Shown piece after piece: positions 44,797 to 54,185 of a stretch of DNA of 54,185 nt. Positions within the stretch are counted from its first letter, which is position 1; every line of letters starts with the position of its first letter. Origin of the DNA: a virus. Lineage: Duplodnaviria; Caudoviricetes. The notes under the pieces are model-generated. The model had not been told where the DNA came from and did no database searches. It saw only the letters and a list, made by a program, of their open reading frames with translations. The translations under genes were made by a program, and so were the position numbers. The DNA is taken from the IMG/VR virus record IMGVR_UViG_3300017651_000176, positions 1 through 54,185 of that record; one strand, given 5' to 3'.

Positions 44797-45443
44797 TCAT
44801 GAGCATGCTCGCGAGAGTTGACGAAGAGGCCGTCCGCACCGTGCTGTTGTATGGCCGGCTGGGCGAGTTGTTCGGTCGCAAGCATCGACTGGTCGTAACC
44901 AGCGTGGGCGAGGTGATCCGTGCGTTGGGCGAACTGATTCCCGGCTTCAAGAAGTACATGACGCAGGCTGCCGCTGATAAGCAGGAATTCGCCTGCCTGC
45001 ACGGCACGCGCCGTATCGGGCCCGACCGTCTCAAGGATTGGCTGGATGACGAAGATCCTATTCGCATCGCGCCAATTGTCAAAGGAAATAAGCGTGGGGG
45101 CTTGTTCCAGATCGTGCTCGGCGCGGTCTTGGTGGTGGCCGCCGTAGCCTCTCAACAGTGGAGCGTGGCGGCTGCATTTGCGGCCAAGGGCGCTGCTGGA
45201 ACTGCCGCTTGGATGGGGGCCGCTATGGTTTTGAGTGGCGCTGCGGCAGCGTTATCCGCGACACCGTCGAGTCTGTCTGGTGGTGATCCGCCGGACAACA
45301 AGGCGTCGTACGGGTTTAACGGCCCGGTAAATGCACCGGCGCAGGGAAACCCCTTTCCGGTCGGGTATTCGGATGCTGACGGATTTTTCTGGGCCGGCAG
45401 TGTGGTTATTGCGCAGGGCATTTATTCCGAGGACAGGCAGTAA
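44793..45443 (+). CDS. Tail assembly protein I
   Basis: LYGRLGELFGR...GLFQIVLGAVL...SYGFNGPVN...QGNP. Confidence 0.9.
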   Translation: MIMSMLARVDEEAVRTVLLYGRLGELFGRKHRLVVTSVGEVIRALGELIPGFKKYMTQAAADKQEFACLHGTRRIGPDRLKDWLDDEDPIRIAPIVKGNKRGGLFQIVLGAVLVVAAVASQQWSVAAAFAAKGAAGTAAWMGAAMVLSGAAAALSATPSSLSGGDPPDNKASYGFNGPVNAPAQGNPFPVGYSDADGFFWAGSVVIAQGIYSEDRQ

Positions 45444-48400
45444 TGACCGAAGTCAAGCATCACGAAGCCGGCGTGGTCGGCTACGGTGGTAAAGGCGGCG
45501 GAGGCGGGCGAGTTGCCAAGGAGGCGCCGGATAGCCTGCACAGCACGCAGTTCGCACGGATCTTGGACGCGATCAGCGTGGGGCCCACGGGCGGCCTCTT
45601 CAGCGGTGAAGAGTTCGGACTACGGGACATCTTTCTGAATGGCACGCCAGTGCAGAACGCGGACGGTTCCATGAACTGGCCCGGCGTAGAAGTCCATTTC
45701 CGCCGTGGCACGCAGAATCAGGATCCGATACCGGGATTCCCGGGCGCCGAGAACACGGTGGCCGTGGGCTTCCAGTTGAAGACCAGCGCTCCCTGGACGC
45801 AGCAAATTACGGGCGATGAACATGATGCTGTTCGCATCACGCTTTCCACTGACCGTCTGACCGAGCAGAACACCAAGAACGGTGATCTGAACGGCTACTT
45901 CATCGACTACGCCATCGAGCGCCAGGTGAGCGGTGGCGAGTGGGAGACGGTGCTTACGGCTTCGATGCGTGGCAAGACCACGAAGCGCTACACGCGTACC
46001 CATCGTATCGAACTGCCGCTGCGCAGCGGACCTTGGAACATTCGCGTTCGTCGCAACTCGCCGGATTCCACGGGCCAGCATATCGCCAGCAATCTGTACG
46101 TGGATGCCTACACCACCGTGACGGATCAGCGCCTGCGCTATCCGATGATTTCACTGGTCGGCTACAAGATTCCGGCGGAACTGTTTTCCAGCATCCCGGC
46201 GCGTGCAGTGCGTTCGAAGGGGCGGGAAATCCGCATTCCGTCGAACTACAACCCGGTCACGCGTACTTATGCCGGAACCTGGGACGGCTCGTTCAAGCTG
46301 GGCGTGTCGTCGAACCCCGTGTGGGTGCTGCTGGACGTGATCTTGTCTGATGTGTTCGGGCTCGGCCAGCGCATCAACCTGGGCATGATCGACCGCTGGT
46401 CGCTGTATAGCATCGCGCGCTATTGTGACGAGATGGTGCCGGACGGCCTGGGCGGAATGGAGCCGCGATTCCGCGCCGTGGGTCAGATCGCCACGCGTGA
46501 GGATGCAAGCAAGTTGCTGCAGGACTTGGCGAGCATCTTTCGCGGGGCGGCGTTCGCCGCCAACGGCACGGTGGTCACGGTGGCTGATATGCCTGCGCAG
46601 CCGGTGTATACGTATAGCCGTGCAAACGTGAAAGGGAAGTTCCGCTACACGGGAACGCGCCGCCGCAAGCGCTTCACCGTGGCACAAGTGACCTACAACA
46701 ATCAGGAGGACTTCGGGCGCCAGAAAGTGGAGTCCGTGGAAGATTTTGAAGGCCTGGCGCGCTATGGCGTTCGTGAAACCAAGCTGTTGGCATTCATGTG
46801 CCCCAGCCGCGGCCAAGCGCATCGCCTTGGGAGCTGGACGCTTCTGACTGCCCGGGAGCAGACGCGCGGTTTGAGGTTCCGTGTGGGGCTCGAGTACGCG
46901 GTGGTCATGCCGGGGTCCGTGGTGGAGATCGCGGACAACGTGCTTGCTGGGGCGATGATTGGCGGGCGCGTTGCGTCGGTCGTGTCGCAGTCGGAGTTGA
47001 CGCTGGACCGCCGCGCGCGGGTCAAACCTGGCGACATGCTGACTGTCAACCTGCCTACCGGCATGTGCGAGACGCGGCGGGTGAACGGCGTGGAGTTCCT
47101 GGAGAACGCTGTCAAGCTCACCGTGGATGCGTTCAGCGAACAGCCGAACCCGGAGGCGGGGTGGAGCGTGTCGGCGAACGACCTGAAGCCGCAACTGTTC
47201 CGTGTTACAGGACTGGCCCATACCGGGCCTATGGAGGTCGAAATCACCGCGCTCCAGGAAATCCCTGGCAAGCATGAGGCGGTCGATTTCGGTACGAAGC
47301 TGGATCCGCTGCCGACGACCATCATTCCCAGCCGAGAAATGGGGATGCCCACAAACGTCCGAATCGCAAGCAACACCAGCGTCGACCAGGGCGCAGCGGT
47401 CCACACCATGCGCATTGAGTGGGATGGGTCAAAGGACGCCAGCGCCTATTCTGTCCAGTGGCGCCGGGATAATTCGGATTGGATCGCTTTGCCGGATACG
47501 TCTTTGGAGTCTGCGGAGGTTCCGGGAATTCGTGCCGGTACGTACCAGGCTCGCGTTCAGGCCATCAGCGCGCTCGACGTGCGTTCTGGCTGGGGCGTTT
47601 CCGAGTTCACTGCGCTGCAGGGCACGCTGGAGCCGCCGCCGGTCCTCGCGTATCTGCGTACGGTGTCCCGCCTTTATGGAATCGGCTTGGAATGGGGGTT
47701 CCCGGAAACCATTAGCCCGCTGCGTCGGACCGAAATCTACTGGTCGCCGGCGCCAGACTTCTCGCAAGCCACGCTGCTATCGGAGATCTCGTTTCCGACT
47801 TCGCAGCTGGAATTGCCGGGGCTCAAGGCCGGATCTGAATTTTGGTTTTGGGGGCGTTTGGTGGATTCGCTCGGCGAGAAGGGCGACTTTTTCCCCATTT
47901 CTGGCGACGGCGTTCACGGGATCACGATCACCGATCCCACCGAGTACCTGGAGGCTATCAAGGACGAAGTGCTGTCGTCGGAAGTCGGACGCCAGCTGCT
48001 GGCCGACATCGAAAACCTCAATCAGTCCATCGCGGAGATAGATGCCGAACTGGCCACTCAAGGCCTGGCAATGAGCGAGCAGGCCCGCAAGCTGATCGAC
48101 CTGACCGAGGAGCTGCGGCTTGAGGCCGTTGCGCGTTCACAGGGCGATCAGGCGAACGCTGCGGCAATCAGCGCTGAAGCGGCTGAACGCAAGTTGCAGG
48201 CTGACGCTAACGCAGCCGCGTTGGGCGCTCGGGTCGACGCCTTGCAAGCGGAGGTTGCAAGCCTGGTCGGCACTCCGGCCTGGGAGGACGGCAAGGCATA
48301 CCCCGCAGGGGTCGTTGTTTCCTGGCAAGGTGGCCTATACCGCGCCAAGCAGGAAGTGCGGCCTGGGGTGACGCCTGGCGACACCGGATACTGGGACAAG

Positions 48401-51400
48401 ATCGGCAACTACGACTCTCTCGCGGAAGCTGTGGGCGACCTGACCGGACGCATGGCCGCCGTGGAGGTTGTGACGGCCGGCAATGTCCAGAAGATCAGTC
48501 AACTGGAGGTCGTGCAGGGCGAGCAGGCAGCCGCCATTACGGACGTGCAGCAGGTCCAGGCTGGGCACGCCACGCGCATGGCGACCATCGAGTCCAAACA
48601 GGGGGAGCAGGCGAGCAAGATCCATAGCCTGGAAACCGTGACGGCTGATACGGCTCAGACCTTGCAAAACGTGGTTGTCCAGCAAGGCGATATGCAGAGC
48701 GCCATCAGCACGCTGCAAACCGTGACGGCCGACATGGCCAGCCGCTTCGATACGCTCAGCACCAAAGTGGACGGGCAGGAGAGCAGCATCAGTACGCTGC
48801 AAACCACCCAAGCGGGCCAAGCCCAGCGGATCACCACGCTGGAGGCAAATCAAGGCGATCAGGCGTCCAAGATCGAAACGATCGAGGACATACAGGAGAG
48901 TCAGGCACTGCGCATGACCAGCTTGGAAACCAAGCAGGGGCAGGATGCCAGCAAGATCCAGAATCTGGAGACCACCACCGCTAACTTGGCTAGCCGCACC
49001 AGCTCCCTGGAAACCACCCAAGGCGAGCAGGCGAGCAGTATCTCCACCATTCAGCAGACCCAGGCGAATCAGGCCACGCAGATCAACACGCTGCGAACGG
49101 ATGTAAACGGGAATGCTAGCGAGATTTCCTCGCTAAAGACCACCACCGACGGTCTGGTTCAGCTGAGCAATTCTATGTCCACGACTATCGGCCAGAATAC
49201 GGCCGCGATTCGTGCAGAAGAGCAGGCTCGGGTCAGCGCGGATGACGCGCTGACGCTACGCATCAACCAGACCAACACGGCGGTCGGCCAGAATACGGCG
49301 CGCATTGGCCAGGAGGAGCAGGCGCGCGCTACCGAGGACGCCGTGCTTGCCCAGCGTATTACCCGGATGGAGGCCGGGCAGCTGGAAAGCTTCGATACCG
49401 AGCGCGCATGGAACTTCGACACCAGCACTGAAGGATGGGTGCCTTACGGAACGAATCCCGGTAACGATCTGACCTGGGTTGGCGAAAGTCCGTACTACAT
49501 TCGAAATACGCAGAAACCCAATGCACCGTCGCTACTCGGACGCGCCGACAGTGGCTATTTGCCTATTTCGGAGAGATTCGACGGAAAACTGAATAACATT
49601 ATTCGGGTTCGAATTCGGTTTCGAAATAAAAGCGTTCGGCAGCATTTGATTTGCTACGTTGCCATCAACAACGCCGCGTCTCCCGGGACACAATTCTTAA
49701 ATGTGCCGATCAATAGTGAAAGTACCGATTGGCAGATCGTAGATTTCGATTTGAACGAATTTCCGGGTGGTGTGCCTACCGCGACGAATATTTCGCGTAT
49801 TGTCATTGGCGATACGCGGGATTCTCAAAACGGACCTTTTGATATCGACTTTGTAGCGGTTGGACGTTACGGCGCTCCGCTATCGCATGCTCTTCTCCAG
49901 CAGGAGGCACGTGCGCGGGCCGATGCTGATGGTGCCCTGGCGCAGACGGTGGACACTCTGCGCACGACCACGGCCGCCGAGGACGCGCGGCTGGATGCAG
50001 CCGTCAAGGCCGAGGCGCAAGCGCGGACCACTGCCGTTGATGCGCAGGCCCAGCGCATCACGCAGCTCAAGGCCGAGTACAACGTGCAGGCCAACGGTGA
50101 GAACCTGATTCGCGACCCGTATTGGGATGCGCCTCAGATTCACTGGTCTGGTTCGCTTGCCAACAGGTTCAGCAAACGGACGCTGCCGCTCAACAACCAG
50201 AACGACGGCAACGGATATCCCTTCGTTGCCTCGATCACCGCGAGCGGCGGCGCGGCAAACGCTTTCGTTGGCGACCTCATAACCCGGCGTGATGCGTCGG
50301 AGAATCCCGGCGTGTTTGCAGGGCAACCCATTGAGGGAGGGAAAACCTACACGTTCAGTGGCAAGGTCGCGCTCAACAACAACGATTCTGTGGGCGTCGT
50401 TCAAGTTCGATGCCAGTTTTTCGACGCAAACGGCGATCAGGTTTCCGATCCCATTCTTGCGACTGCAGACCTGTCCGCGCAAGGTGTCTGGCCCTGGTCT
50501 GCGACCTTTACGGCGCCGGGCTCGGCGGCATCGTTCAGGTTCCGGTATCGGTTCATCTACGGGCCGCAGGGCGGTGACTTCCGCGTCACCAACATGGGGC
50601 TGTTCGCCACGCGCATGCAGCTGCAGTCCGTGTCCGAGGCCAGCAACGCCGCGGACATTCGCACCGAGCAGACCGCGCGCGCCAGCGCGGATACGGCGCT
50701 GGGCCAGCGGATCGATACGGTAACGTCTCGCGTAGGAACGGTGGAAACCTCCGTTGCAACGCAGGCCAATACCCTCGCGACGTTGGATGGCCGGGTTTCC
50801 AGTAATTGGACGGTTCGCGTTCAGGCCAACAATGCCGGCCGCAAGTACCTGGCCGGCATCGGCGTGGGCATCCAGTCCGATGGCAACGGCGGTACGGTGG
50901 ATTCGTACATCACCATGATCGCGGACCGCCTGGTTCTGCTCACTTCGGTGAACGGCACCCTGTCGTCGCCTTTCTCAGTGGTCAACGGACAGACGTTCAT
51001 CAACGATGCATTCATCCGGAACGCATCGATCACCACGGCCAAGATTGGGGACGCGCAGATCACCGGCGCCAAGATCGGGAACGCGCAGATCTGGAGCGGG
51101 CATATCGCCAATGCCCAGATCCTCAACGGGCACATCGAAAATGCGCAGATCAGCACCGCCAAGATCGGTATTGCCCAGATCGACACCTTGCGCATCGCCA
51201 ACGGCGCTGTGGTGGGCGGCGCATCTGGATCGTGGAATACCGAGTTCGGTTCGTCGGGAAATATGCAGGTGCCGATTGGCAACGTTCCTCTTTACCTCCC
51301 CTATGGAGGCACGCTGCTTGTGTTCATTCAGGCGAAAACTGCCGGCGGCGCATGGGGGCAGGCTGGTTCAGCCTTCGGTAGGTTCCCCACGCTGATTGCC

Positions 51401-51613
51401 AGCATTAACGGAAACCCTCTCATCCTGAATGCGACCCCTTCGGGATGGAAGAATCCCAACGGCGGGGACATGAATACCATCGCTGATGGGTTCTCCTATG
51501 TTTATGGGCCAGTCGGCCCCGGCGCATACTCGCTTTTCATGGATGTGTACCGGCCCACTAATGGCACGGCGACGTATGCGGTTTCTGCCGCCCTCCTTGG
51601 TTTCCAAAGGTAA
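45443..51613 (+). CDS. Host-specificity central tail fibre J, extended (2056 aa)
   Basis: gpJ N-terminus (SNPVW, YCDEMVPDG.GG.EPRF), FN3 domains, coiled-coil stalk, DUF1983-like AGIG...ADR...PFSVVNGQTFI. Confidence 0.93.
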   Translation: MTEVKHHEAGVVGYGGKGGGGGRVAKEAPDSLHSTQFARILDAISVGPTGGLFSGEEFGLRDIFLNGTPVQNADGSMNWPGVEVHFRRGTQNQDPIPGFPGAENTVAVGFQLKTSAPWTQQITGDEHDAVRITLSTDRLTEQNTKNGDLNGYFIDYAIERQVSGGEWETVLTASMRGKTTKRYTRTHRIELPLRSGPWNIRVRRNSPDSTGQHIASNLYVDAYTTVTDQRLRYPMISLVGYKIPAELFSSIPARAVRSKGREIRIPSNYNPVTRTYAGTWDGSFKLGVSSNPVWVLLDVILSDVFGLGQRINLGMIDRWSLYSIARYCDEMVPDGLGGMEPRFRAVGQIATREDASKLLQDLASIFRGAAFAANGTVVTVADMPAQPVYTYSRANVKGKFRYTGTRRRKRFTVAQVTYNNQEDFGRQKVESVEDFEGLARYGVRETKLLAFMCPSRGQAHRLGSWTLLTAREQTRGLRFRVGLEYAVVMPGSVVEIADNVLAGAMIGGRVASVVSQSELTLDRRARVKPGDMLTVNLPTGMCETRRVNGVEFLENAVKLTVDAFSEQPNPEAGWSVSANDLKPQLFRVTGLAHTGPMEVEITALQEIPGKHEAVDFGTKLDPLPTTIIPSREMGMPTNVRIASNTSVDQGAAVHTMRIEWDGSKDASAYSVQWRRDNSDWIALPDTSLESAEVPGIRAGTYQARVQAISALDVRSGWGVSEFTALQGTLEPPPVLAYLRTVSRLYGIGLEWGFPETISPLRRTEIYWSPAPDFSQATLLSEISFPTSQLELPGLKAGSEFWFWGRLVDSLGEKGDFFPISGDGVHGITITDPTEYLEAIKDEVLSSEVGRQLLADIENLNQSIAEIDAELATQGLAMSEQARKLIDLTEELRLEAVARSQGDQANAAAISAEAAERKLQADANAAALGARVDALQAEVASLVGTPAWEDGKAYPAGVVVSWQGGLYRAKQEVRPGVTPGDTGYWDKIGNYDSLAEAVGDLTGRMAAVEVVTAGNVQKISQLEVVQGEQAAAITDVQQVQAGHATRMATIESKQGEQASKIHSLETVTADTAQTLQNVVVQQGDMQSAISTLQTVTADMASRFDTLSTKVDGQESSISTLQTTQAGQAQRITTLEANQGDQASKIETIEDIQESQALRMTSLETKQGQDASKIQNLETTTANLASRTSSLETTQGEQASSISTIQQTQANQATQINTLRTDVNGNASEISSLKTTTDGLVQLSNSMSTTIGQNTAAIRAEEQARVSADDALTLRINQTNTAVGQNTARIGQEEQARATEDAVLAQRITRMEAGQLESFDTERAWNFDTSTEGWVPYGTNPGNDLTWVGESPYYIRNTQKPNAPSLLGRADSGYLPISERFDGKLNNIIRVRIRFRNKSVRQHLICYVAINNAASPGTQFLNVPINSESTDWQIVDFDLNEFPGGVPTATNISRIVIGDTRDSQNGPFDIDFVAVGRYGAPLSHALLQQEARARADADGALAQTVDTLRTTTAAEDARLDAAVKAEAQARTTAVDAQAQRITQLKAEYNVQANGENLIRDPYWDAPQIHWSGSLANRFSKRTLPLNNQNDGNGYPFVASITASGGAANAFVGDLITRRDASENPGVFAGQPIEGGKTYTFSGKVALNNNDSVGVVQVRCQFFDANGDQVSDPILATADLSAQGVWPWSATFTAPGSAASFRFRYRFIYGPQGGDFRVTNMGLFATRMQLQSVSEASNAADIRTEQTARASADTALGQRIDTVTSRVGTVETSVATQANTLATLDGRVSSNWTVRVQANNAGRKYLAGIGVGIQSDGNGGTVDSYITMIADRLVLLTSVNGTLSSPFSVVNGQTFINDAFIRNASITTAKIGDAQITGAKIGNAQIWSGHIANAQILNGHIENAQISTAKIGIAQIDTLRIANGAVVGGASGSWNTEFGSSGNMQVPIGNVPLYLPYGGTLLVFIQAKTAGGAWGQAGSAFGRFPTLIASINGNPLILNATPSGWKNPNGGDMNTIADGFSYVYGPVGPGAYSLFMDVYRPTNGTATYAVSAALLGFQR

Positions 51614-51618
51614 TCATC

Positions 51619-52068
51619 ATGAGCTTTGAAGGCGTCAACTACAAGAACTACGAAGACGTGCAACTCGGGCACCCATTCAGGACCAAATCCGGATACGTCG
51701 GCTACTTCGATCCGGATACGCTCCTGATGACCGGTTGGGTCAATTGCCAGGGCTTCATGGTGGCGCGGGGATACCAAAAGGACGGCGTGCCGTTCATCGG
51801 TATCAGCGGCCCGATGGAGGCCCAGGACTTCATGGTTGATCCAATCGCCATGACGTTTGTGGAGCGCCCTGATATGGGGGTTGAGCTGGCCGGCGGAATC
51901 CTTAGCGGGGTTCCGCTGGATGCAGCTCTATGCGTGAATGGTGCCTACTACGCCGTGACGGATTCCACTATCAAGTTGGAGGCCCCGCCCGGCAAGGTCC
52001 TGCACATCTCAGTGGAGAAACACCCGTACAAGACTTTTCGAGGAGTTTATGCAAGTCCTGAGCTTTGA
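51619..52068 (+). CDS. Tail-associated hypothetical protein
   Basis: 149 aa immediately after J. Confidence 0.65.
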   Translation: MSFEGVNYKNYEDVQLGHPFRTKSGYVGYFDPDTLLMTGWVNCQGFMVARGYQKDGVPFIGISGPMEAQDFMVDPIAMTFVERPDMGVELAGGILSGVPLDAALCVNGAYYAVTDSTIKLEAPPGKVLHISVEKHPYKTFRGVYASPEL

Positions 52069-52261
52069 TATGGAGTATGACAAGCGCCGCGAACGCGAGT
52101 ACCCGAAGATCGGGGATCAGGTCGACGCCATCATGAAGCTGGCGAACCACTTGCGCCAGCAGGGCGCCGAGCTTCCGACCGAGGTTTGCGAATGGGTCGA
52201 CAAATGCCTGGAGGTGAAGCGCCGGCATCCGAAGCAAGCTGACAGTAACCCACCCGCCTAG
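52049..52261 (+). CDS. Tail-fibre-associated small protein
   Basis: RREREYPKIGDQVDAI...VKRRHPK; RBS AGGAG. Confidence 0.7.
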   Translation: MQVLSFDMEYDKRREREYPKIGDQVDAIMKLANHLRQQGAELPTEVCEWVDKCLEVKRRHPKQADSNPPA

Positions 52262-52289
52262 AGCGGGCAATTTTTTGGAGTACGGATAG

Positions 52290-52637
52290 ATGGCAGAACC
52301 TGCAAGCACAGGTGTTGTGGCGGCAGCGGCCGCGGGCGTGACGCTCGCCGGCCTGCTGCCTGGGATTGATGGCAATGCTCTCATCGGGGCGTTTGCCGGG
52401 GCGTCCCTTTTCGTCGTGTCGCGCAAGGAGGGTGGCTTGCTGTCGCGCGGTATCTACTGGGCCATCTCATTCGTGATCGGCTACCTGGCCGCGCCGGACG
52501 TGGTGGCGCTGACGCCGATCAAGGAAACCGCCATCGCGGCCTTCGGTGCGGCGGCGCTGGTCGTCACTATCGCTCTGGCGGCAATCGAGCGCATCAAGAC
52601 GTTCGATTTCACCGCGGTCTTCAAGAAAGGGGGCTGA
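52290..52637 (+). CDS. Putative holin
   Basis: MAEP...IGAFAGA; several TM segments; first lysis gene. Confidence 0.8.
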   Translation: MAEPASTGVVAAAAAGVTLAGLLPGIDGNALIGAFAGASLFVVSRKEGGLLSRGIYWAISFVIGYLAAPDVVALTPIKETAIAAFGAAALVVTIALAAIERIKTFDFTAVFKKGG

Positions 52638-52638
52638 T

Positions 52639-52938
52639 ATGCATCCTGCCGAAATGATCAGCATGGGCCACCAGCATCTGGTGGCCCTTTTGTTTGTGGT
52701 GGCGAATTTCGCGTCGGCGGCGCGGCTGCTGCTGTATCGCCGGAAGGGCGCGCGGTTCCGGCGGGGAATGTCCTGGCTGGCCTACCTGCTCATCGTTGGC
52801 ACTGGCGGGCAAGCCTTGGATGTTCTCGTGCGCCACGAGCCTGTCACGGTATGGCAGGCGGTGGTAGCCGTACTGATAGCCGTGCTGGTTTATCGCGCCC
52901 AGGGGAACGTGGCGTGCATTGTGAGGATCAATTCATGA
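52639..52938 (+). CDS. Holin/antiholin family protein (3 TM)
   Basis: RLLLYRRKGARFRRGMSWLAYLL...GNVACI. Confidence 0.8.
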   Translation: MHPAEMISMGHQHLVALLFVVANFASAARLLLYRRKGARFRRGMSWLAYLLIVGTGGQALDVLVRHEPVTVWQAVVAVLIAVLVYRAQGNVACIVRINS

Positions 52939-53483
52939 CGCTGAAAGAGATTATCGCAGGGGCTATCAACCCCGCGCTGGCGCTGCTTCCGGCCAATATG
53001 GACACGCCTGCGGCGCGCGTCCAGATGCTGGCTACCGGTCTGCAAGAAAGTCGCTTTGTGGACCGCCGCCAACTGGTCGGCAGCCCGCCGCGACCGACTG
53101 GCCCCGCCAAGAGCTTCTGGCAGGCGGAGCGGGGCGGCGGCATGGTACATGGCGTTCGGCTGCACGCGGCTACGAGCGCCGCGGCCGCGCACCTCTACCA
53201 GGTCCGGGGTGTGCCCGCGCGCGATGCCGCAATTTGGGACGCCATCGAGCATGACGACGTGCTGGCAGCAGGCCTGGCTCGTCTGCTGCTGTGGAGCGAC
53301 CCGGGCCGGCTTCCGCTTGTGGGTGACGAAGAGGGCGCCTGGCGGTTGTATCTGCGCACCTGGCGGCCCGGTGCTTACGACCGCGGCACGCCCGCCCAGC
53401 GCGCGGAGCTTCGCGCCAAGTGGGGCCGCAACTATGCCCAGGCCGTTGCTGAGGTGGGAGGTGGAAATGCTGCCGTGGCTTGA
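52935..53483 (+). CDS. Endolysin (lysozyme-like)
   Basis: LATGLQES...GPAKSFWQ; between holins and spanins. Confidence 0.75.
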   Translation: MTLKEIIAGAINPALALLPANMDTPAARVQMLATGLQESRFVDRRQLVGSPPRPTGPAKSFWQAERGGGMVHGVRLHAATSAAAAHLYQVRGVPARDAAIWDAIEHDDVLAAGLARLLLWSDPGRLPLVGDEEGAWRLYLRTWRPGAYDRGTPAQRAELRAKWGRNYAQAVAEVGGGNAAVA

Positions 53484-53733
53484 ACGTATCAAGGGGTGGA
53501 TCTTGCTGGCCGGCCTGGCGCTGGCTGCGCTGGCCAGCGTTTTCTACCGAGGGCGGGCTACGGGCCGACAGGCCGAGCGCCAGGAACGGCAGGAGCAGAT
53601 CAACGAACAGGCGGCAAAGGCTCGCCAGGAGGTGCGCGATGTGCAGCAGGAGACGGCTCGGATGGACGATGATGCTGTTGCTGATGAGCTTGAGCGTGAT
53701 TGGGTGCGCGGCTCCGGCCCGCGTGGGCGTTGA
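53467..53733 (+). CDS. i-spanin (Rz-like)
   Basis: N-terminal TM then coiled coil; RBS GGAGG. Confidence 0.75.
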   Translation: MLPWLERIKGWILLAGLALAALASVFYRGRATGRQAERQERQEQINEQAAKARQEVRDVQQETARMDDDAVADELERDWVRGSGPRGR

Positions 53734-53866
53734 GTATTGCGATCACGCGCAGCCAATTTACTTTGAGTCCCAGGAACAAGTTCGGGCTACTCCGCCGCCG
53801 ATTCGACGGCAAGCTTTGGCGGAAAACAAGAAGTGGGCTCGTCTTTGCGAGACCTCGCGGCTGTAG
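53639..53866 (+). CDS. o-spanin lipoprotein (Rz1-like)
   Basis: Overlaps Rz in another frame; RBS AGGAGG; lipobox VIGC. Confidence 0.75.
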   Translation: MCSRRRLGWTMMLLLMSLSVIGCAAPARVGVEYCDHAQPIYFESQEQVRATPPPIRRQALAENKKWARLCETSRL

Positions 53867-53954
53867 CCTTTGGTTGGGGATGATTTAGGCACGGCACATG
53901 CGGACCGCAATAGGCATGTACCGCGGCACGGGACCGCGACAGACGGGGACTACG

Positions 53955-54185
53955 ATGGAGCGCGACGAGCTTTTGGTGCAGATGATTAGCAGGTCGGCGG
54001 AGCTTAGGAATTTCGGGGACTGGGTGGATATCCTGGGGAAGTACGCCGACTGCCTTGCTCAGGTGGGTACAAAGTTGGCGCCGGACGAAATGGAGCGGTT
54101 TCTGAATGTCGGTGCGACGTTTTACCGAACATTGGCGCGTGCGGAGGACTATCGTCTCAATACACTGCCGAGTCCCAGAGGCTAG
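53955..54185 (+). CDS. Hypothetical protein
   Basis: MERDELLVQM...; RBS GGGGA; stop at window end. Confidence 0.55.
   Translation: MERDELLVQMISRSAELRNFGDWVDILGKYADCLAQVGTKLAPDEMERFLNVGATFYRTLARAEDYRLNTLPSPRG

Larger units (their letters stand above)
700..54185. mobile_element. Lambda-like siphovirus prophage; left end in the tRNA-Arg, right end beyond the window
   Basis: Integrase next to tRNA, cI/cro switch, replication, terminase-portal-protease-capsid, G/GT-H-M-L-K-I-J tail and lysis genes. Left boundary approximate; no second copy of the tRNA 3' end seen. Confidence 0.95.

Noticed and set aside
45443-52261. Diversity-generating retroelement or invertible tail-fibre cassette
   Set aside because: No reverse transcriptase, TR/VR pair or invertase in the window
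53867-54185. attR
   Set aside because: No copy of the tRNA-Arg 3' end (e.g. CTCCTGCCGCGCCA) seen; the prophage continues past the window

Overview
After one host gene (XRE-HTH/cupin regulator, 1-639), the window is an apparently intact lambda-like siphovirus prophage integrated at a tRNA-Arg(TCT) gene (671-747). The host is GC-rich; Achromobacter/Bordetella-like Betaproteobacteria is my inference from gene style. Gene order: integrase/excisionase; leftward early operon (modular repeat-linked protein, ParB-like, beta-clamp-like, SSB, dNMP kinase) with three inverted membrane-protein insertions; an AT-richer island between OL and cI; cI/cro/cII; replication with iterons; a Q-like gene; a late-leader accessory block; lambda-type head and tail; lysis genes. 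No attR is visible, so the right end lies beyond the window. Most notable: (1) a fused CapRel-type toxSAS in the rexAB-equivalent position, overlapped convergently by an IS1595-type Zn-ribbon/HTH protein lacking a DDE domain, near an unannotated Ibs-like 21-aa peptide; (2) a 119-nt tRNA mimic with no canonical anticodon arm abutting an atypical tRNA-Gly(TCC) at the start of the late transcript; (3) three related cloverleaf-like RNA elements in the left operon; (4) a 505-aa gene built from segments joined by repeated DNA linkers; (5) an accessory block with GrlR-like, integron-cassette-like, Dam and HicAB genes. Family calls come from motif recognition by eye; no database search was run.
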